From an uncultured Bacilli bacterium (GTDB lineage Bacteria; Bacillota_I; Bacilli_A; RF39; UBA660): DNA of 64,000 nucleotides. The notes under the pieces were generated by a model. The model had not been told where the DNA came from and ran no database searches. It saw only the letters and a list, made by a program, of their open reading frames with translations. Position numbers and translations under genes: made by a program. Where the stretch lies: NCBI GenBank assembly GCA_934101645.1, contig CAKORX010000001.1, positions 81,051-145,050 on the forward strand, given 5' to 3'. This document shows, piece after piece, positions 49,993 to 60,857 of this stretch. Within the stretch, counting starts at the first letter, position 1, and the number at the start of each line of letters is the position of its first letter.

Positions 49993-51718
49993 TTTTATAT
50001 AGTCCTTTATATATTTTAGATTTATTTAATAACTCTTTATGAGTTCCTTTCATTGATAATTTTCCTTTTTCTATCACAAGAATCTCATCAGCATCGATGA
50101 TTGTTGAAAGTCTGTGAGCTACAATAATGATCGTATGATCTTTTGCAAGAGCATCAATAGTTTTTTTAATATATTCTTGACTTTCATTATCAAGTGCAGA
50201 AGTTGCTTCATCAAATAAAATTATTTTTGTATTTAAAAGAAGCGTTCTTGCAATTGCAAGTCTTTGTTTTTGACCACCAGAAAGGTTTATTCCACCTTCA
50301 CCAATTATTGTATTATATTTTTTTGGTAAACTTTCAATATATTCATCAATATATGCTCTTTTGCAAACTTCTTTTATTTCTTTTAAAGTTATATCAGGCT
50401 TAACAATTTTAAAATTGTCCAAAATAGACATATTAAATAAGAATGGACTTTGTCTTACACATGATATTGTACTTCGAAGAGAATTTTCAGTTAAATCTTT
50501 AATATTTGTTTCATCAATTAAAACTTCTCCTGAGGTCGCATCAAAATATCGAAGTAACAAATTAAATATTGTAGATTTACCATTTCCACTTCTTCCTACA
50601 ATAGCGGTTTTTTGATTTGGCTTAATTACAAATGATAAATTATCTAAAGTTAAACTTTCCTTCTTTGTATATTTAAATGATACATTTTTAAACTTTACAT
50701 TACCGGTAACATTTTCTAAATTCACATTTCCGAATTCTTCATCTTTAAATACCCTGTTATTTACTACATCATCAATTCTTGATAAAGATACTTTAACTTT
50801 ATTATAATTAACTCCGAAAGAGGAAAGTGTTTCTGCTACCTCATCAATACGCCAAATATAATTATTAATCATCATAAATACACTATATACAATATGTCCT
50901 TTTATAAATAAATAACCACATGTTAGTAAAATAATAAATTGCAAAACATAATAAATAATGTTATTTAGGCCATTATACCAAGATTCATATTTAGAAATTT
51001 TAAGTGATTCTTCGCAATAATTATCAATATCTTCATTAATTAATCTAGCCATGTTTTCTTTTATACCTAAAGATTTAATTTCTCTAATTCCTGTTATGTT
51101 TTCTGTAGCTCTTTTAATAAGTTTATCACTTTCATTTTTTATTTTCTTTTGAGTTGTTTTGATTACTGGGAAAAATTTAGCAGAGATAAGTCCCATTATA
51201 ATAGCAAATATAGTTATCTCAATACCAATAAATATTGATATTTTAAATGAAATAACCACTATAATTAAAGCCATTATAATTTTTAAAATCATTTTTACCA
51301 ATTGGTTTAATAAATCGAGTACTCTATCTGGATCAGTTGAAAGTCTATTAATAAGTTCTCCAACTCCTGCTTTTTCAAAAGCAATTGCAGGTAAATTTTG
51401 ATATTTTTTATACATGTCTTTACATACATTATTTACAAATGTCATTTGAAGTTTATTATATAAAATCATTTTAGGTATAAGTAAGGCTCCATATATAATG
51501 GCATAACCCGAAATATAAAAAACTAAGTACTTTACAAATAATGCATAATTTTTTAAAAGTAAGCACTCTAATGCTTTGCCTACAAAAATCGGGCAACATA
51601 AATCAGGAATATAATTAAAAAACATCAAAATAATAAGTAAAATCATACTTACTTTCTCATGTTTTAAATAATGAAATATGAGTCCAAATGAATTTTCCTT
51701 TTTCTTACTACTTTTCAT
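49976..51718 (-). CDS. ABC exporter with fused permease and ATPase (MsbA/LmrA-like type I exporter)
   Basis: 580 aa. An N-terminal 6-TM domain precedes Walker A GRSGNGKST, signature LSGGQKQR and Walker B ILFDEATSALD. Confidence 0.85.
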   Translation of the reverse strand: MKSSKKKENSFGLIFHYLKHEKVSMILLIILMFFNYIPDLCCPIFVGKALECLLLKNYALFVKYLVFYISGYAIIYGALLIPKMILYNKLQMTFVNNVCKDMYKKYQNLPAIAFEKAGVGELINRLSTDPDRVLDLLNQLVKMILKIIMALIIVVISFKISIFIGIEITIFAIIMGLISAKFFPVIKTTQKKIKNESDKLIKRATENITGIREIKSLGIKENMARLINEDIDNYCEESLKISKYESWYNGLNNIIYYVLQFIILLTCGYLFIKGHIVYSVFMMINNYIWRIDEVAETLSSFGVNYNKVKVSLSRIDDVVNNRVFKDEEFGNVNLENVTGNVKFKNVSFKYTKKESLTLDNLSFVIKPNQKTAIVGRSGNGKSTIFNLLLRYFDATSGEVLIDETNIKDLTENSLRSTISCVRQSPFLFNMSILDNFKIVKPDITLKEIKEVCKRAYIDEYIESLPKKYNTIIGEGGINLSGGQKQRLAIARTLLLNTKIILFDEATSALDNESQEYIKKTIDALAKDHTIIIVAHRLSTIIDADEILVIEKGKLSMKGTHKELLNKSKIYKGLYKNEERM

Positions 51719-51762
51719 ATAAAATATTATATACTATTTACTAAAATTTTTAAACAAAAAAA

Positions 51763-51790
51763 ATAAGGCTTCAAAACCTTATTTTATATC
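51763..51790 (-). terminator. Intrinsic terminator after the Hsp20 gene
   Basis: The minus strand reads ATAAGG-ttttgaag-CCTTAT followed by T8. The hairpin overlaps the stop codon. Confidence 0.45.
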
Positions 51791-52180
51791 AATCAATTTC
51801 TTAGTATTTGTATTTTCTTCTTTAGGAACAACAATCTTTAATGTGCCATCATTAAATTCAGCGGAAATTTTGCTTTCATCTACATCGCCTAAATAAAATG
51901 ATCTTTCACATTTTTCATAGAATTTTCTTTCACGATGAATATATTTCTTTTTATTGTGTTCTTCTTTCTCAATGTGTTTTTCTGCAACAATTTTAAGATT
52001 TCCTTTATCACACTCTATTTTAATATCTTCCTTTTTAAATCCAGGAACATCTACTTCAATAAAGTATTTTCCATCTTGTTCATAAATATCACAAACCATT
52101 TTATTATTGTGCTCCTTATTTGAACTCAAATCATCTAAAAAATCATCTAAAAATATTCTACTTGGTAACATTGTTATCAT
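51779..52180 (-). CDS. Hsp20/alpha-crystallin family small heat-shock protein
   Basis: 133 aa. Alpha-crystallin domain: FKKEDIKIECDKGNLKIVAEK ... SFYLGDVDESKISAEFNDGTLKIVVPK. Confidence 0.85.
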   Translation of the reverse strand: MITMLPSRIFLDDFLDDLSSNKEHNNKMVCDIYEQDGKYFIEVDVPGFKKEDIKIECDKGNLKIVAEKHIEKEEHNKKKYIHRERKFYEKCERSFYLGDVDESKISAEFNDGTLKIVVPKEENTNTKKLIDIK

Positions 52181-52212
52181 CTTCCTTTCATGCTTCCATT
52201 ATATTACTATAG

Positions 52213-52239
52213 TTGGCACTTGTCAATAGTAACTGCTAA
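52213..52239. promoter_or_regulatory. CIRCE-like imperfect inverted repeat (9-N9-9) upstream of the Hsp20 gene
   Basis: TTGGCACTT-gtcaatagt-AACTGCTAA compared with the CIRCE consensus TTAGCACTC-N9-GAGTGCTAA: 7/9 match in each half with the correct spacing. It lies 33-60 bp upstream of the hsp20 start. Confidence 0.35.
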
Positions 52240-52317
52240 TTATTTTAAAAAAATATTTTATATTTGATATTATAAGCATAATATGTTAGAATATACTTAC
52301 TTTTTTTTGGGGGTATT

Positions 52318-53178
52318 ATGGAAAGTTTTATAACTATAGGAACAAAATCTATTAACCAAGAACTATTTCGTAAAGTAGTTCCATTTCCAAATAACTATGT
52401 AACTAAGCCGTATGGTGGACTATGGCTTTCTCCTTATTATGGAATAAATGCTAATGAATGGCTTGGCTATTTAGAATATAAAAGAAGTTTATTTTATATG
52501 AAATTTAACGGGTGTGGTGCTTTAGTAAATGTAAAAGATGAAGCAAATATTCTTAGGATTAATTCTGTTCAAGATTTTGAAAAAGCCTATCTTAAATACC
52601 CTAGCCCATTTTTTGAATTACGTGTTTTAGATTATATGAAAATATCAAAAGACTATGACGGTATTTTTATTAGTCGCCATGTTCTTGATAAAATTGGCTA
52701 TAATGATTGGTGTATATCAAGTTTAGTTATTTTTGATTTAGGATGTATTAGTACTTACGTACCACTAGATATTGACTATACTTGTGAACCTTATTCAATC
52801 GAATTTAATATTGCAAAAACTCATGATGAGCGAAGTATTGCTCCAATAAATAATGCCTATCAAACCTTATATAGAATTTTAAAGGAAGCATTCGAAGGTG
52901 AAATGTCAAAAACCGATTTTGCATGTTTACCATATGATGAATACTATCACAATTTATTTGTGTTAATTGAGGACTATGTCAAGGGTTTTTGCTTTAATTT
53001 CAACGATATGATAGATCTTATTTTAAGAGATCCTAATTTAAATTTTGGTAAAAAGACTCGCGATGATATTGTTTATAGTCTTATGTACAGACTATTCGAA
53101 GAAGAGTTTACAAAATTTATGCCAAATGAATTAACATTTAATCGAAGCCTTAGTAATAAAAAAGTTAGTTATATTTAA
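52318..53178 (+). CDS. Hypothetical cytoplasmic protein (286 aa)
   Basis: Long ORF with a GGGGG RBS. No recognisable motif. Confidence 0.5.
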   Translation: MESFITIGTKSINQELFRKVVPFPNNYVTKPYGGLWLSPYYGINANEWLGYLEYKRSLFYMKFNGCGALVNVKDEANILRINSVQDFEKAYLKYPSPFFELRVLDYMKISKDYDGIFISRHVLDKIGYNDWCISSLVIFDLGCISTYVPLDIDYTCEPYSIEFNIAKTHDERSIAPINNAYQTLYRILKEAFEGEMSKTDFACLPYDEYYHNLFVLIEDYVKGFCFNFNDMIDLILRDPNLNFGKKTRDDIVYSLMYRLFEEEFTKFMPNELTFNRSLSNKKVSYI

Positions 53179-53256
53179 AAAATCTTCATAAAAAGTGAAG
53201 TTTTTTTTTGAAAAATATGTTATCATTATATTACATAAAATAGAAAGGGTTTAATT

Positions 53257-54720
53257 ATGAATAGTGATAATAATAACAATAATGCAAATAATCAAGTTGA
53301 TTCTTTAGATTTTACTCCCCCACTTGTGCCTGAACAAAATATAACTAAATACGAACCTCCAGCTCCTCCGAAGAAAAATGTTTTTGCCATTATATTTTCT
53401 GTGATTGGTATTCTTATAGTTCTTGCACTACTATCTGCTTCACTTTATTATTTATTTGTATTTAATAAAAATGGTGAAGAGTCACTAAAAATGGCCATAA
53501 ATGGAGTAACAAGATATGTTGACCTAATTTATAATAAACAAAATGAATATACAAATATTAATTTTTCAAACAACAATGTTAGTGTAATTGGTAATATTAA
53601 TGTTAATAATCCAGATAGTTCAAAAAAATACCTAGCCAATTTTGAATTTGATTTAGATTATCCAAATGAAAAAATAGTTTTCGCTGGATCTTTATTTGAA
53701 AATGCAAATGAACTTATAAATCTCATATATAATTACGATGAAGAAGTATCCTATGTACTTATGAAAAAAGTTTTTAATAAGCCTTTAATCTTGAGCAAAC
53801 AAAATTTATTTACTACATCAAGTAAACAAGTTGTAACAATAAATGATTATTACTTACTTTTTAATAAAACCAAAAACTATGTAATTAATAATTTAAAAAA
53901 TGAAGATTTTGATGTAATATTTGATATTAGCAAAAAAAATGGTTCTTATGTATTTCAAAAAAAAGTTGTTTATCTACTTCAAAATACAGTATTTGATACT
54001 CTTTTAGAGGATACTTTAAATAATATTGAAAATGATGAAGTATATATGGAAAAATTATTTTATATTTTAGAGCAAAAAAATGGCTATCCAAAAGGATATA
54101 ACATGGATAATGTAAAAGAATATTTAAATGAGTTAAAAAATAATTTAATTAGAAATTATGATGGAAATATTGGTATTAATGTGTATACTGACCTATTAGG
54201 AAAAAAGATAAATAAAATTGAACTTGCTCATGCTGGTAAAAAATTATTTTATTATGATAATGGCAACTTTGAAATAAATCTTGATGATGAAAAAAAGATT
54301 AGTTACAATAATAGGACACTTACTTTATTGCAAAAAGATAAAGTTATAGCAACCATTATAGTTAATACTTTTAGTGAAAACTTAATAGACCTTGAGATAA
54401 CTAATCCAGATAACACTCAAAATATTAAAATTAAAATTGATAATAATATTAGTTTTTCTTACGAGCAAACAAATCAGAATATTTTATTAAACATAAATAA
54501 AAAAGAAAAAAACAATTACGAATATAAAATAACTATTAATGATGGTGTTAGTCCTTATGAAATATATGGTGAAATAATTATTAGTGATGAAGGAAAATAC
54601 ACACTATTTGATAAAAAAGATGCGGTAGAATATGACTCACTTACTTATGATGAAAAAATGCAAATTCAAGAAGCTCTTAAACAGCTCGGAGAATTATTAA
54701 ATTTTAAAGCTTTAACCTAA
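53257..54720 (+). CDS. Hypothetical membrane-anchored protein (487 aa) with an Asn-rich N-terminus
   Basis: Poly-Asn N-terminus, a single TM (FAIIFSVIGILIVLALLSASLYYLFVF) and a large extracytoplasmic domain. Confidence 0.5.
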   Translation: MNSDNNNNNANNQVDSLDFTPPLVPEQNITKYEPPAPPKKNVFAIIFSVIGILIVLALLSASLYYLFVFNKNGEESLKMAINGVTRYVDLIYNKQNEYTNINFSNNNVSVIGNINVNNPDSSKKYLANFEFDLDYPNEKIVFAGSLFENANELINLIYNYDEEVSYVLMKKVFNKPLILSKQNLFTTSSKQVVTINDYYLLFNKTKNYVINNLKNEDFDVIFDISKKNGSYVFQKKVVYLLQNTVFDTLLEDTLNNIENDEVYMEKLFYILEQKNGYPKGYNMDNVKEYLNELKNNLIRNYDGNIGINVYTDLLGKKINKIELAHAGKKLFYYDNGNFEINLDDEKKISYNNRTLTLLQKDKVIATIIVNTFSENLIDLEITNPDNTQNIKIKIDNNISFSYEQTNQNILLNINKKEKNNYEYKITINDGVSPYEIYGEIIISDEGKYTLFDKKDAVEYDSLTYDEKMQIQEALKQLGELLNFKALT

Positions 54721-54805
54721 AAAATATGATATTAAAATCATATTTTTATTTTGCACACTAGAAAAATGTAAATTACCTTATTAAAGTTATAAATGAGGTG
54801 ATATA

Positions 54806-55882
54806 ATGGGTCGTAAAGGCGAAAGCATTTACAAAAGAAGTGATGGAAGATATGAAGGAAGATATATTAAGGGAAAATATAAAAATAAAGTCATATATGG
54901 ATATATATATGGAACATCTTATTCAGAAATAAAAGAAAAACTTAGAAACTATGGTAATGTGGAATTTGAAATCGAAGAAATAGATACTTTTAATGAAAGA
55001 ATAGACAACTGGCTTGAATATAAAAAAAGCACTGTTAAGGAATCAACGTATTCAACTTATTATGCGGTTGCAATAAATAAAATAAAACCGATTCTTGGTC
55101 ACTATAAGGTAGTTAATCTAAATAATGAAATAATCGATAAGTTTATCAATAAATTATTAGATAATGAACATTTAAGTATTAATACGATACATGATGTAGC
55201 AAATATTTTAAAACAGATATTTAAATATAATAAAATAACTAATATTGATGTAAAAGCACCCTCAAAAGAGTATAAAAGTATTTCCGTTTTCACTCCTAAA
55301 GATATTAAAAAACTTGAAAGATTTGCTTTAACTTATGATAATAGATTTGTTTTTGGAATTATTTTAAGTTTATATACTGGTATTAGAATCGGGGAACTAT
55401 GTGCCTTAAAAAAAAGTGATTTTGATATAAACCTAATGACTCTTTCTGTAAACCGCACAATAATAAGAGTTAAAAATACAAATAGTCAAAGAAAGACTAA
55501 AGTTATATGTTCAGCTCCAAAAAGTAAAAAATCAATTAGAACAATTCCTATTCCTGATGTTTTGCAAAGTTATTTAATTCATTATTTAAGTGAAATGAAT
55601 GCAGATTACTATTTCCTTACTAACAAAATTAATGCAATTGAACCAAGAAGTTATACAAATAAATATAAAAAGTATTTAAATTATTGGGGTATTAATCATA
55701 AAAAATTTCACACAACAAGACATACATTTGCCACCAAAGCTGACGAAACAAAAATGAGTACTAAAGCTTTATCTGAAATATTAGGTCACTCAAATGCCTC
55801 AATTACTCAAAATTTATATATACACCCATCACTAAAATATAAAAGAGAATGCATAAATACGATTTACACAAAAAAAAGCTGA
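54806..55882 (+). CDS. Tyrosine site-specific recombinase/integrase (Tn916 Int-like N-terminal arm-binding motif)
   Basis: N-terminal GRKGESIYKRSDGRYEGRY. The catalytic region has R...HTTRHTFAT...LGHSNASITQNLYIH (R-H-R-H-Y pattern). Confidence 0.8.
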   Translation: MGRKGESIYKRSDGRYEGRYIKGKYKNKVIYGYIYGTSYSEIKEKLRNYGNVEFEIEEIDTFNERIDNWLEYKKSTVKESTYSTYYAVAINKIKPILGHYKVVNLNNEIIDKFINKLLDNEHLSINTIHDVANILKQIFKYNKITNIDVKAPSKEYKSISVFTPKDIKKLERFALTYDNRFVFGIILSLYTGIRIGELCALKKSDFDINLMTLSVNRTIIRVKNTNSQRKTKVICSAPKSKKSIRTIPIPDVLQSYLIHYLSEMNADYYFLTNKINAIEPRSYTNKYKKYLNYWGINHKKFHTTRHTFATKADETKMSTKALSEILGHSNASITQNLYIHPSLKYKRECINTIYTKKS

Positions 55883-55907
55883 TAATTCTAAATTTAATCA
55901 GCTTTTA
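55870..55907. terminator. Bidirectional intrinsic terminator between the convergent integrase and valS genes
   Basis: A7-AGCTGAT-(13-nt loop)-ATCAGCT-TTTT. The stem overlaps both stop codons. Confidence 0.5.
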
Positions 55908-58395
55908 AAATGGAAAGTTTTTCTTTTTCTTCTTTTAATTTATTTTGTTCTTCTTCAACTATATTTTTCGGAGCTCTACTTACAAATCCTTCATTACTAA
56001 GTAATTTTTCTCTTTTAGCAATCGACATTTCTAAAAATTCAATTTCTTTTTGCTTATTTTCACTGTTTTTTGCGTTATCTATTTTAAATAACAATTTAGC
56101 AAAGTTTGAATTATATTCGACACCTTCTGATAAACCTAAATTAACATTTTTTAACTTAAGCATATTTTTGTAAAATTCTTCATCATATAGATACTTAATG
56201 TTTACTTCATCATTGTTAGTAATTTTATTTTCTGCTTTAAAATTACGGATTGCAACTATATCACTTAAAATATCATTTACAAGTTTAATGTTAAAAACTT
56301 CACTCTTATTATATTTTGGATAAGAACTATTCATTATAGATTTACTTTCTTTTATATTAAGATTTTGATATATTTCCTCAGTTACAAACGGAATAAATGG
56401 ATGAAGCATTTTGATTATACCAGTTAAAACTTTAACTAATATACTTTTTGATGTAGTATTTAAGAAAATTTTGCTTATTTCAATATACCAAGAACAATAA
56501 TCATCCCAAATAAATGTATAAAGTTCATTAAATGCATTATGAAATTCATATTTATCCATATATTTAGTGACTTCTTTAATAGTTTTATTATATTTAGTTA
56601 AAATCCATTTATCATATATATTATATTCCTCAAAAGAAAGCTCATTTAAATCTTGAGTGTTAAGAATAACAAATCTTGAAGCATTCCATAACTTATTAAT
56701 AAAATTCCAAGATGATGCAACTTTTTCTTCATCATATCTGAGGTCCATTCCTGGAGCACTATTAGTAGTTAAAAATAGTCTTAATGAATCACAACCAAAT
56801 TTATCAATTACCTCAATTGGATTTACTCCATTTCCTAGACTTTTACTCATTTTTCTGCCTTGTTTATCTCTAATAAGTCCATGAATTAAGCAATCCTTAA
56901 AAGGTCTTTCTCCCATGAATTCTAGTGATTGAAAAGTCATCCTATTTACCCAAAATGGAATAATGTCATATCCTGTAACTAGTACATCATTTGGAAAATA
57001 TCTTTCTAAATCTGAAGTTTTTTCTGGCCAACCTAATGTTGAAAAAGGCCATAATGCAGAAGAAAACCAAGTATCTAAAACATCTTTATCTTGAACCCAG
57101 CCTTCACCAGCAGGAGCACTCTCGCCAACATAAATTTCATCACCTTTATACCAAGCTGGAATTCTATGACCCCACCAAAGCTGTCTTGAAATGCACCAAT
57201 CATAAGTTATTTCCATCCAATGATTCATAGTCTTTTCATATCTTCTTGGAACAAAATTAACCTTTTTGTTTTTATCTTTTTGATTTTCAAGTACTCTATC
57301 AGCTAAAGGGCGCATTTTTACAAACCATTGGCTTGATAAGTAAGGTTCAATCATTACCCCTGTACGTTCTGAATGACCAACATTATGTGTTATTTCTTCT
57401 TTTTTTATTAATAAACCTAATTTTTCTAAATCTTCAGTTATTTTTTCTCTTGCAACTTCACGAGTAAGTCCTTCATATTTACCTGCTTTATCGTTCATTG
57501 TAGCATCAGGATTAATACATATAATTTGCTCTAAATTGTGTCTAAGTCCTACCTCATAATCGTTAGGGTCATGTGCTGGAGTAATTTTAACACAACCAGT
57601 TCCGAATTCAGGATCTGCATGCATATCTGCAATAATTGGTATCTTTCTTGATGTAAGTGGTAATAAAACATTTTTACCAATTAGATCTTTGTATCTTTCA
57701 TCGCTAGGATTAACCGCTACTGCTGTATCTCCGAAAAGTGTCTCAGGTCTTGTAGTAGCAACATCTAAATATTTATCTTCTCCATCAATATAATATTTTA
57801 TATGATAAAAATAGCCTTTAACGTCTTTATAAATTACTTCTTCATTTGAAAGTGCTGTTTGTGCCTTAGGATCCCAATTTATTATTCTATATCCCCTATA
57901 AATAAGGCCTTTATTATATAAATCAATAAATACTTTATTTACAGCCTTACTAAGTCCTTCGTCTAAAGTAAATCTTTCTCTAGTATAATCTAAAGCAAGA
58001 CCTAACTTTGCCCATTGTTTATGAATATTTTCAGCATATTCATCTTTCCATGCCCAAGCATATTTAAGCCAATCTTCCCTATCTAAACTACGAGGATTAA
58101 TTCCCATATTAGTTAATTTTTCATCAACTTTTGCTTGTGTTGCAATACCGGCATGATCCATTCCAGGAACCCATAATGTATCAAATCCACTTAACTTTTT
58201 ATATCTTATAATTATATCTTGAAGTGTAGTATCCCATGCATGTCCTATATGTAAATTACCCGTTACATTAGGGGGAGGTATAACTATTGAAAATGGTTTC
58301 TTGTCTTTATCATTGCTTGCTAAAAATGTTTTATTGTTTAACCAATAATCATACTTTCCTTCCTCAACTTTTTTAAAATCATATTTTGTTTCCAT
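55894..58395 (-). CDS. valS: Valine--tRNA ligase
   Basis: HIGH motif (NLHIGHAWD) and KMSKS. The C-terminus is coiled-coil. The likely true start is ATG at 58395 (METKYDF) with a GGAGGAA RBS. The ORF-track start at 58449 is a GTG inside the T-box. Confidence 0.9.
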   Translation of the reverse strand: METKYDFKKVEEGKYDYWLNNKTFLASNDKDKKPFSIVIPPPNVTGNLHIGHAWDTTLQDIIIRYKKLSGFDTLWVPGMDHAGIATQAKVDEKLTNMGINPRSLDREDWLKYAWAWKDEYAENIHKQWAKLGLALDYTRERFTLDEGLSKAVNKVFIDLYNKGLIYRGYRIINWDPKAQTALSNEEVIYKDVKGYFYHIKYYIDGEDKYLDVATTRPETLFGDTAVAVNPSDERYKDLIGKNVLLPLTSRKIPIIADMHADPEFGTGCVKITPAHDPNDYEVGLRHNLEQIICINPDATMNDKAGKYEGLTREVAREKITEDLEKLGLLIKKEEITHNVGHSERTGVMIEPYLSSQWFVKMRPLADRVLENQKDKNKKVNFVPRRYEKTMNHWMEITYDWCISRQLWWGHRIPAWYKGDEIYVGESAPAGEGWVQDKDVLDTWFSSALWPFSTLGWPEKTSDLERYFPNDVLVTGYDIIPFWVNRMTFQSLEFMGERPFKDCLIHGLIRDKQGRKMSKSLGNGVNPIEVIDKFGCDSLRLFLTTNSAPGMDLRYDEEKVASSWNFINKLWNASRFVILNTQDLNELSFEEYNIYDKWILTKYNKTIKEVTKYMDKYEFHNAFNELYTFIWDDYCSWYIEISKIFLNTTSKSILVKVLTGIIKMLHPFIPFVTEEIYQNLNIKESKSIMNSSYPKYNKSEVFNIKLVNDILSDIVAIRNFKAENKITNNDEVNIKYLYDEEFYKNMLKLKNVNLGLSEGVEYNSNFAKLLFKIDNAKNSENKQKEIEFLEMSIAKREKLLSNEGFVSRAPKNIVEEEQNKLKEEKEKLSILKAD

Positions 58396-58650
58396 ATTTC
58401 CTCCAACAAAAAAAGGTAGTACAAAAGGGTGCAAAGTGCACGGTACCACCTTTATATTTAACTCTTTATCCTTAATGCGGAATTACAGCCTATCCTATTT
58501 ACTTAGATAAGCAACTTGCAAGCTACTTCATTTAACCAGTGTTTAAGAAAAGCTTTCAGCTAATAACTTTTCCTCTCTAATAAAATAGTTAAATTACTCC
58601 TCTTGTTCTTCGTTTTTATGTTCATAGTATAACAAATTCTTTTCTTTATT
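58396..58650 (-). ncRNA. T-box riboswitch leader of valS
   Basis: The minus-strand RNA carries the T-box sequence AAAGGUGGUACCGUG (template 58436..58450). A terminator follows: GGUGGUAC...GUACUACC then U7, directly before the RBS. Confidence 0.65.
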
Positions 58651-58658
58651 TCAAGACT

Positions 58659-59078
58659 TTAATATTTTTCTAAAACTTCTAGAATGCCACGATAAGGAAG
58701 CGTTGCACAAGTCTTTCTACTTTGCTGTTTATAAATATCTTCATAAACAAGTGCTTCATTTAAAATATTATTATCATATTCTTTTTCATTAACCATATTT
58801 AAAAAACTATTTACATATTTTTTAGCTTCCTCAATGGTTTTACCAATCAAGTTTTTTATCATTATTGAAGTTGATGAAATACTTATTGCACAAGCTTCAC
58901 CTGTGAAAGCAATATCTAAAACTTTACCATCTTTAATCAAAATATATAAATCTAAATTATCTATGCAAGATTGATTTGCGGTATTAACCTTTTCATATCC
59001 ATCATTAATTATCTTATCTCTATTAAGTGGATTTTGATAATGTTCCATTATAATTTCTCTTTTTACTTCAGGATCCAT
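58659..59078 (-). CDS. sufU: SUF system Fe-S cluster assembly scaffold, NifU-like SufU
   Basis: 139 aa with conserved Cys in NQSCIDNL, GEACAIS and TCATLPY. Confidence 0.8.
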   Translation of the reverse strand: MDPEVKREIIMEHYQNPLNRDKIINDGYEKVNTANQSCIDNLDLYILIKDGKVLDIAFTGEACAISISSTSIMIKNLIGKTIEEAKKYVNSFLNMVNEKEYDNNILNEALVYEDIYKQQSRKTCATLPYRGILEVLEKY

Positions 59079-60274
59079 TAAAACATCTCCTTTAAGATTT
59101 TATCTTTATTTTGTAATAGTTCTACAAACATATCAATTTCTTTTTCTGTATTATAAAATGATAAGCTCACTCTAATTGTATTATTTACTTTTGTGGCATT
59201 TTTTAAAATTTTAGCGCAGTGGTTTCCTGCTCTTACACATATTTTATATTTATTTAGGTAAAAAGCTACATCTTGAGCAAATATATCATCAACATTAAAA
59301 GCCACTACTGCACTATCGCATTCTAAATTTATAATATCTATAAATGGTATTTTAATTAATTTATCTATTAAATAATTTTTTAATTTAGTTTCTCTTTCGT
59401 GAATTTTTTCAATACCTATATTATTTATATATTTGATAGCTTCACCAAAACCAATTACTCCCGCAATATTTGGAGTTCCAGCTTCAAGTCTAAATGGTAA
59501 ATCCTTTAAATATATTTCATTTGGATTATCAAAAGATTCATTCATACCTCCGCCTAAATTAATTGGTTTAAGTTCTTCTAACAATTCCTTTTTTCCATAT
59601 AAAACACCAACACCAGTAGGTCCCAACATTTTATGAGCTGAAAATGCTAAAAAATCAACATCTAAATCTTGAACATCAATTTTTATATGTGGAGCACTTT
59701 GTGCAGCGTCTACAACTACAAAAATATTATTCTCATGAGCTAGTTTACATATTTCCTTTATTGGTCTTACATCACCAACAACATTTGTTATTTGAGCAAG
59801 AGCAATTACTTTAGTTTTTGGAGTAATTGCTTTTTTTACATTTTCTAAAGTAACATGTAATGACGAATCAAGTTCAATTAACTTAGTAACTGTTTTAATT
59901 TCATTTTCACATTTAAACCATGGAAGAACGTTTGATGCATGCTCAGATGTTGTAATTAAAACTTCATCTCCAGGTTCAAGAAGCGGTGCAAAAAAACCAT
60001 TTGCAATATAATTTAAACTTTGAGTCGTTCCTGATGTAAAAATTATTTCTTCATTATATCTAGCATTAATGAACTGTTTCACAAGTTCTCTTGTTTCTTC
60101 ATATTCATTTGAAGCTTTAAAAGATATATCATAGTCGCCTCGATGTGCATTTGCAGAATAATTGCTATAATAATCAACAACTTTATCAATAACACATTTT
60201 GGTTTTAAACTTGTGGCTCCATTATCAAAGTAAATCAAATCATTATTTAGCATTGGAAAATCTTCTCTATTCAT
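59078..60274 (-). CDS. sufS: Cysteine desulfurase SufS (class V aminotransferase)
   Basis: 398 aa. PLP-Lys in FSAHKMLGPTGVGVLYG and a C-terminal catalytic Cys in RAGNHCA. Confidence 0.9.
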   Translation of the reverse strand: MNREDFPMLNNDLIYFDNGATSLKPKCVIDKVVDYYSNYSANAHRGDYDISFKASNEYEETRELVKQFINARYNEEIIFTSGTTQSLNYIANGFFAPLLEPGDEVLITTSEHASNVLPWFKCENEIKTVTKLIELDSSLHVTLENVKKAITPKTKVIALAQITNVVGDVRPIKEICKLAHENNIFVVVDAAQSAPHIKIDVQDLDVDFLAFSAHKMLGPTGVGVLYGKKELLEELKPINLGGGMNESFDNPNEIYLKDLPFRLEAGTPNIAGVIGFGEAIKYINNIGIEKIHERETKLKNYLIDKLIKIPFIDIINLECDSAVVAFNVDDIFAQDVAFYLNKYKICVRAGNHCAKILKNATKVNNTIRVSLSFYNTEKEIDMFVELLQNKDKILKEMF

Positions 60275-60857
60275 TATTTTCCTCCTTAAAATTTAATAAA
60301 TTTAAAAATTCATCATTAAATATACTATATTTAAAACTCTTTTTTAGTAAATTATAAGTATTTTCTTTACTAATTCCAAGTGACTTCAAATAATTAATGC
60401 TTTCTTCATTAAATGGACCGACAGTTACAAAATGTGACGCTTCTACTTCATTTGTGTCAATCTCTAAAATCGGTTTAATCAAAATCTGGCCACCATCACA
60501 TAAACCTTTTAAATTTTCAACAATAATATTTTCTTTTGTATTTTCTTCTGCCTTTACGATAACATTAACGCTACATAAGTCTTTTCCTGCAAGTCCTCTA
60601 AAATTTAAAATGCATTTATTATTGTCACCTAAAATTTTAACATTAATATTAATATTAGAATTTTCAAAGCTTTCATTAGTAAAATTTACTACTAATAAAG
60701 AGTTTTCTTTTTGAATAATGTTAATATTAATATTTTCACTTTTATCATTATATATATTTAATAAAAGTTTTTTCTCAACTTTAAAATCAAATGTTCCATC
60801 TTTATTTATTAAACTAACATTATTCATTAGTAATATATTCTCCTTTTCATTATTCAC
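60267..60857 (-). CDS. sufD: Short SufB/SufD-family Fe-S assembly protein
   Basis: 196 aa. The C-terminal SufBD signature KPILEIDTNEVEASHFVTVGPFNEESINYLKSLGISKENTYNLL. 8-nt overlaps with both neighbouring genes. Confidence 0.65.
   Translation of the reverse strand: MNNEKENILLMNNVSLINKDGTFDFKVEKKLLLNIYNDKSENININIIQKENSLLVVNFTNESFENSNININVKILGDNNKCILNFRGLAGKDLCSVNVIVKAEENTKENIIVENLKGLCDGGQILIKPILEIDTNEVEASHFVTVGPFNEESINYLKSLGISKENTYNLLKKSFKYSIFNDEFLNLLNFKEENNE

Noticed and set aside
52301-52313. T8-G5 homopolymer run immediately upstream of the ATG at 52318
   Set aside because: The G5 is simply the Shine-Dalgarno sequence. Slippage in T8 would alter spacing, not frame. There is no evidence for phase variation.
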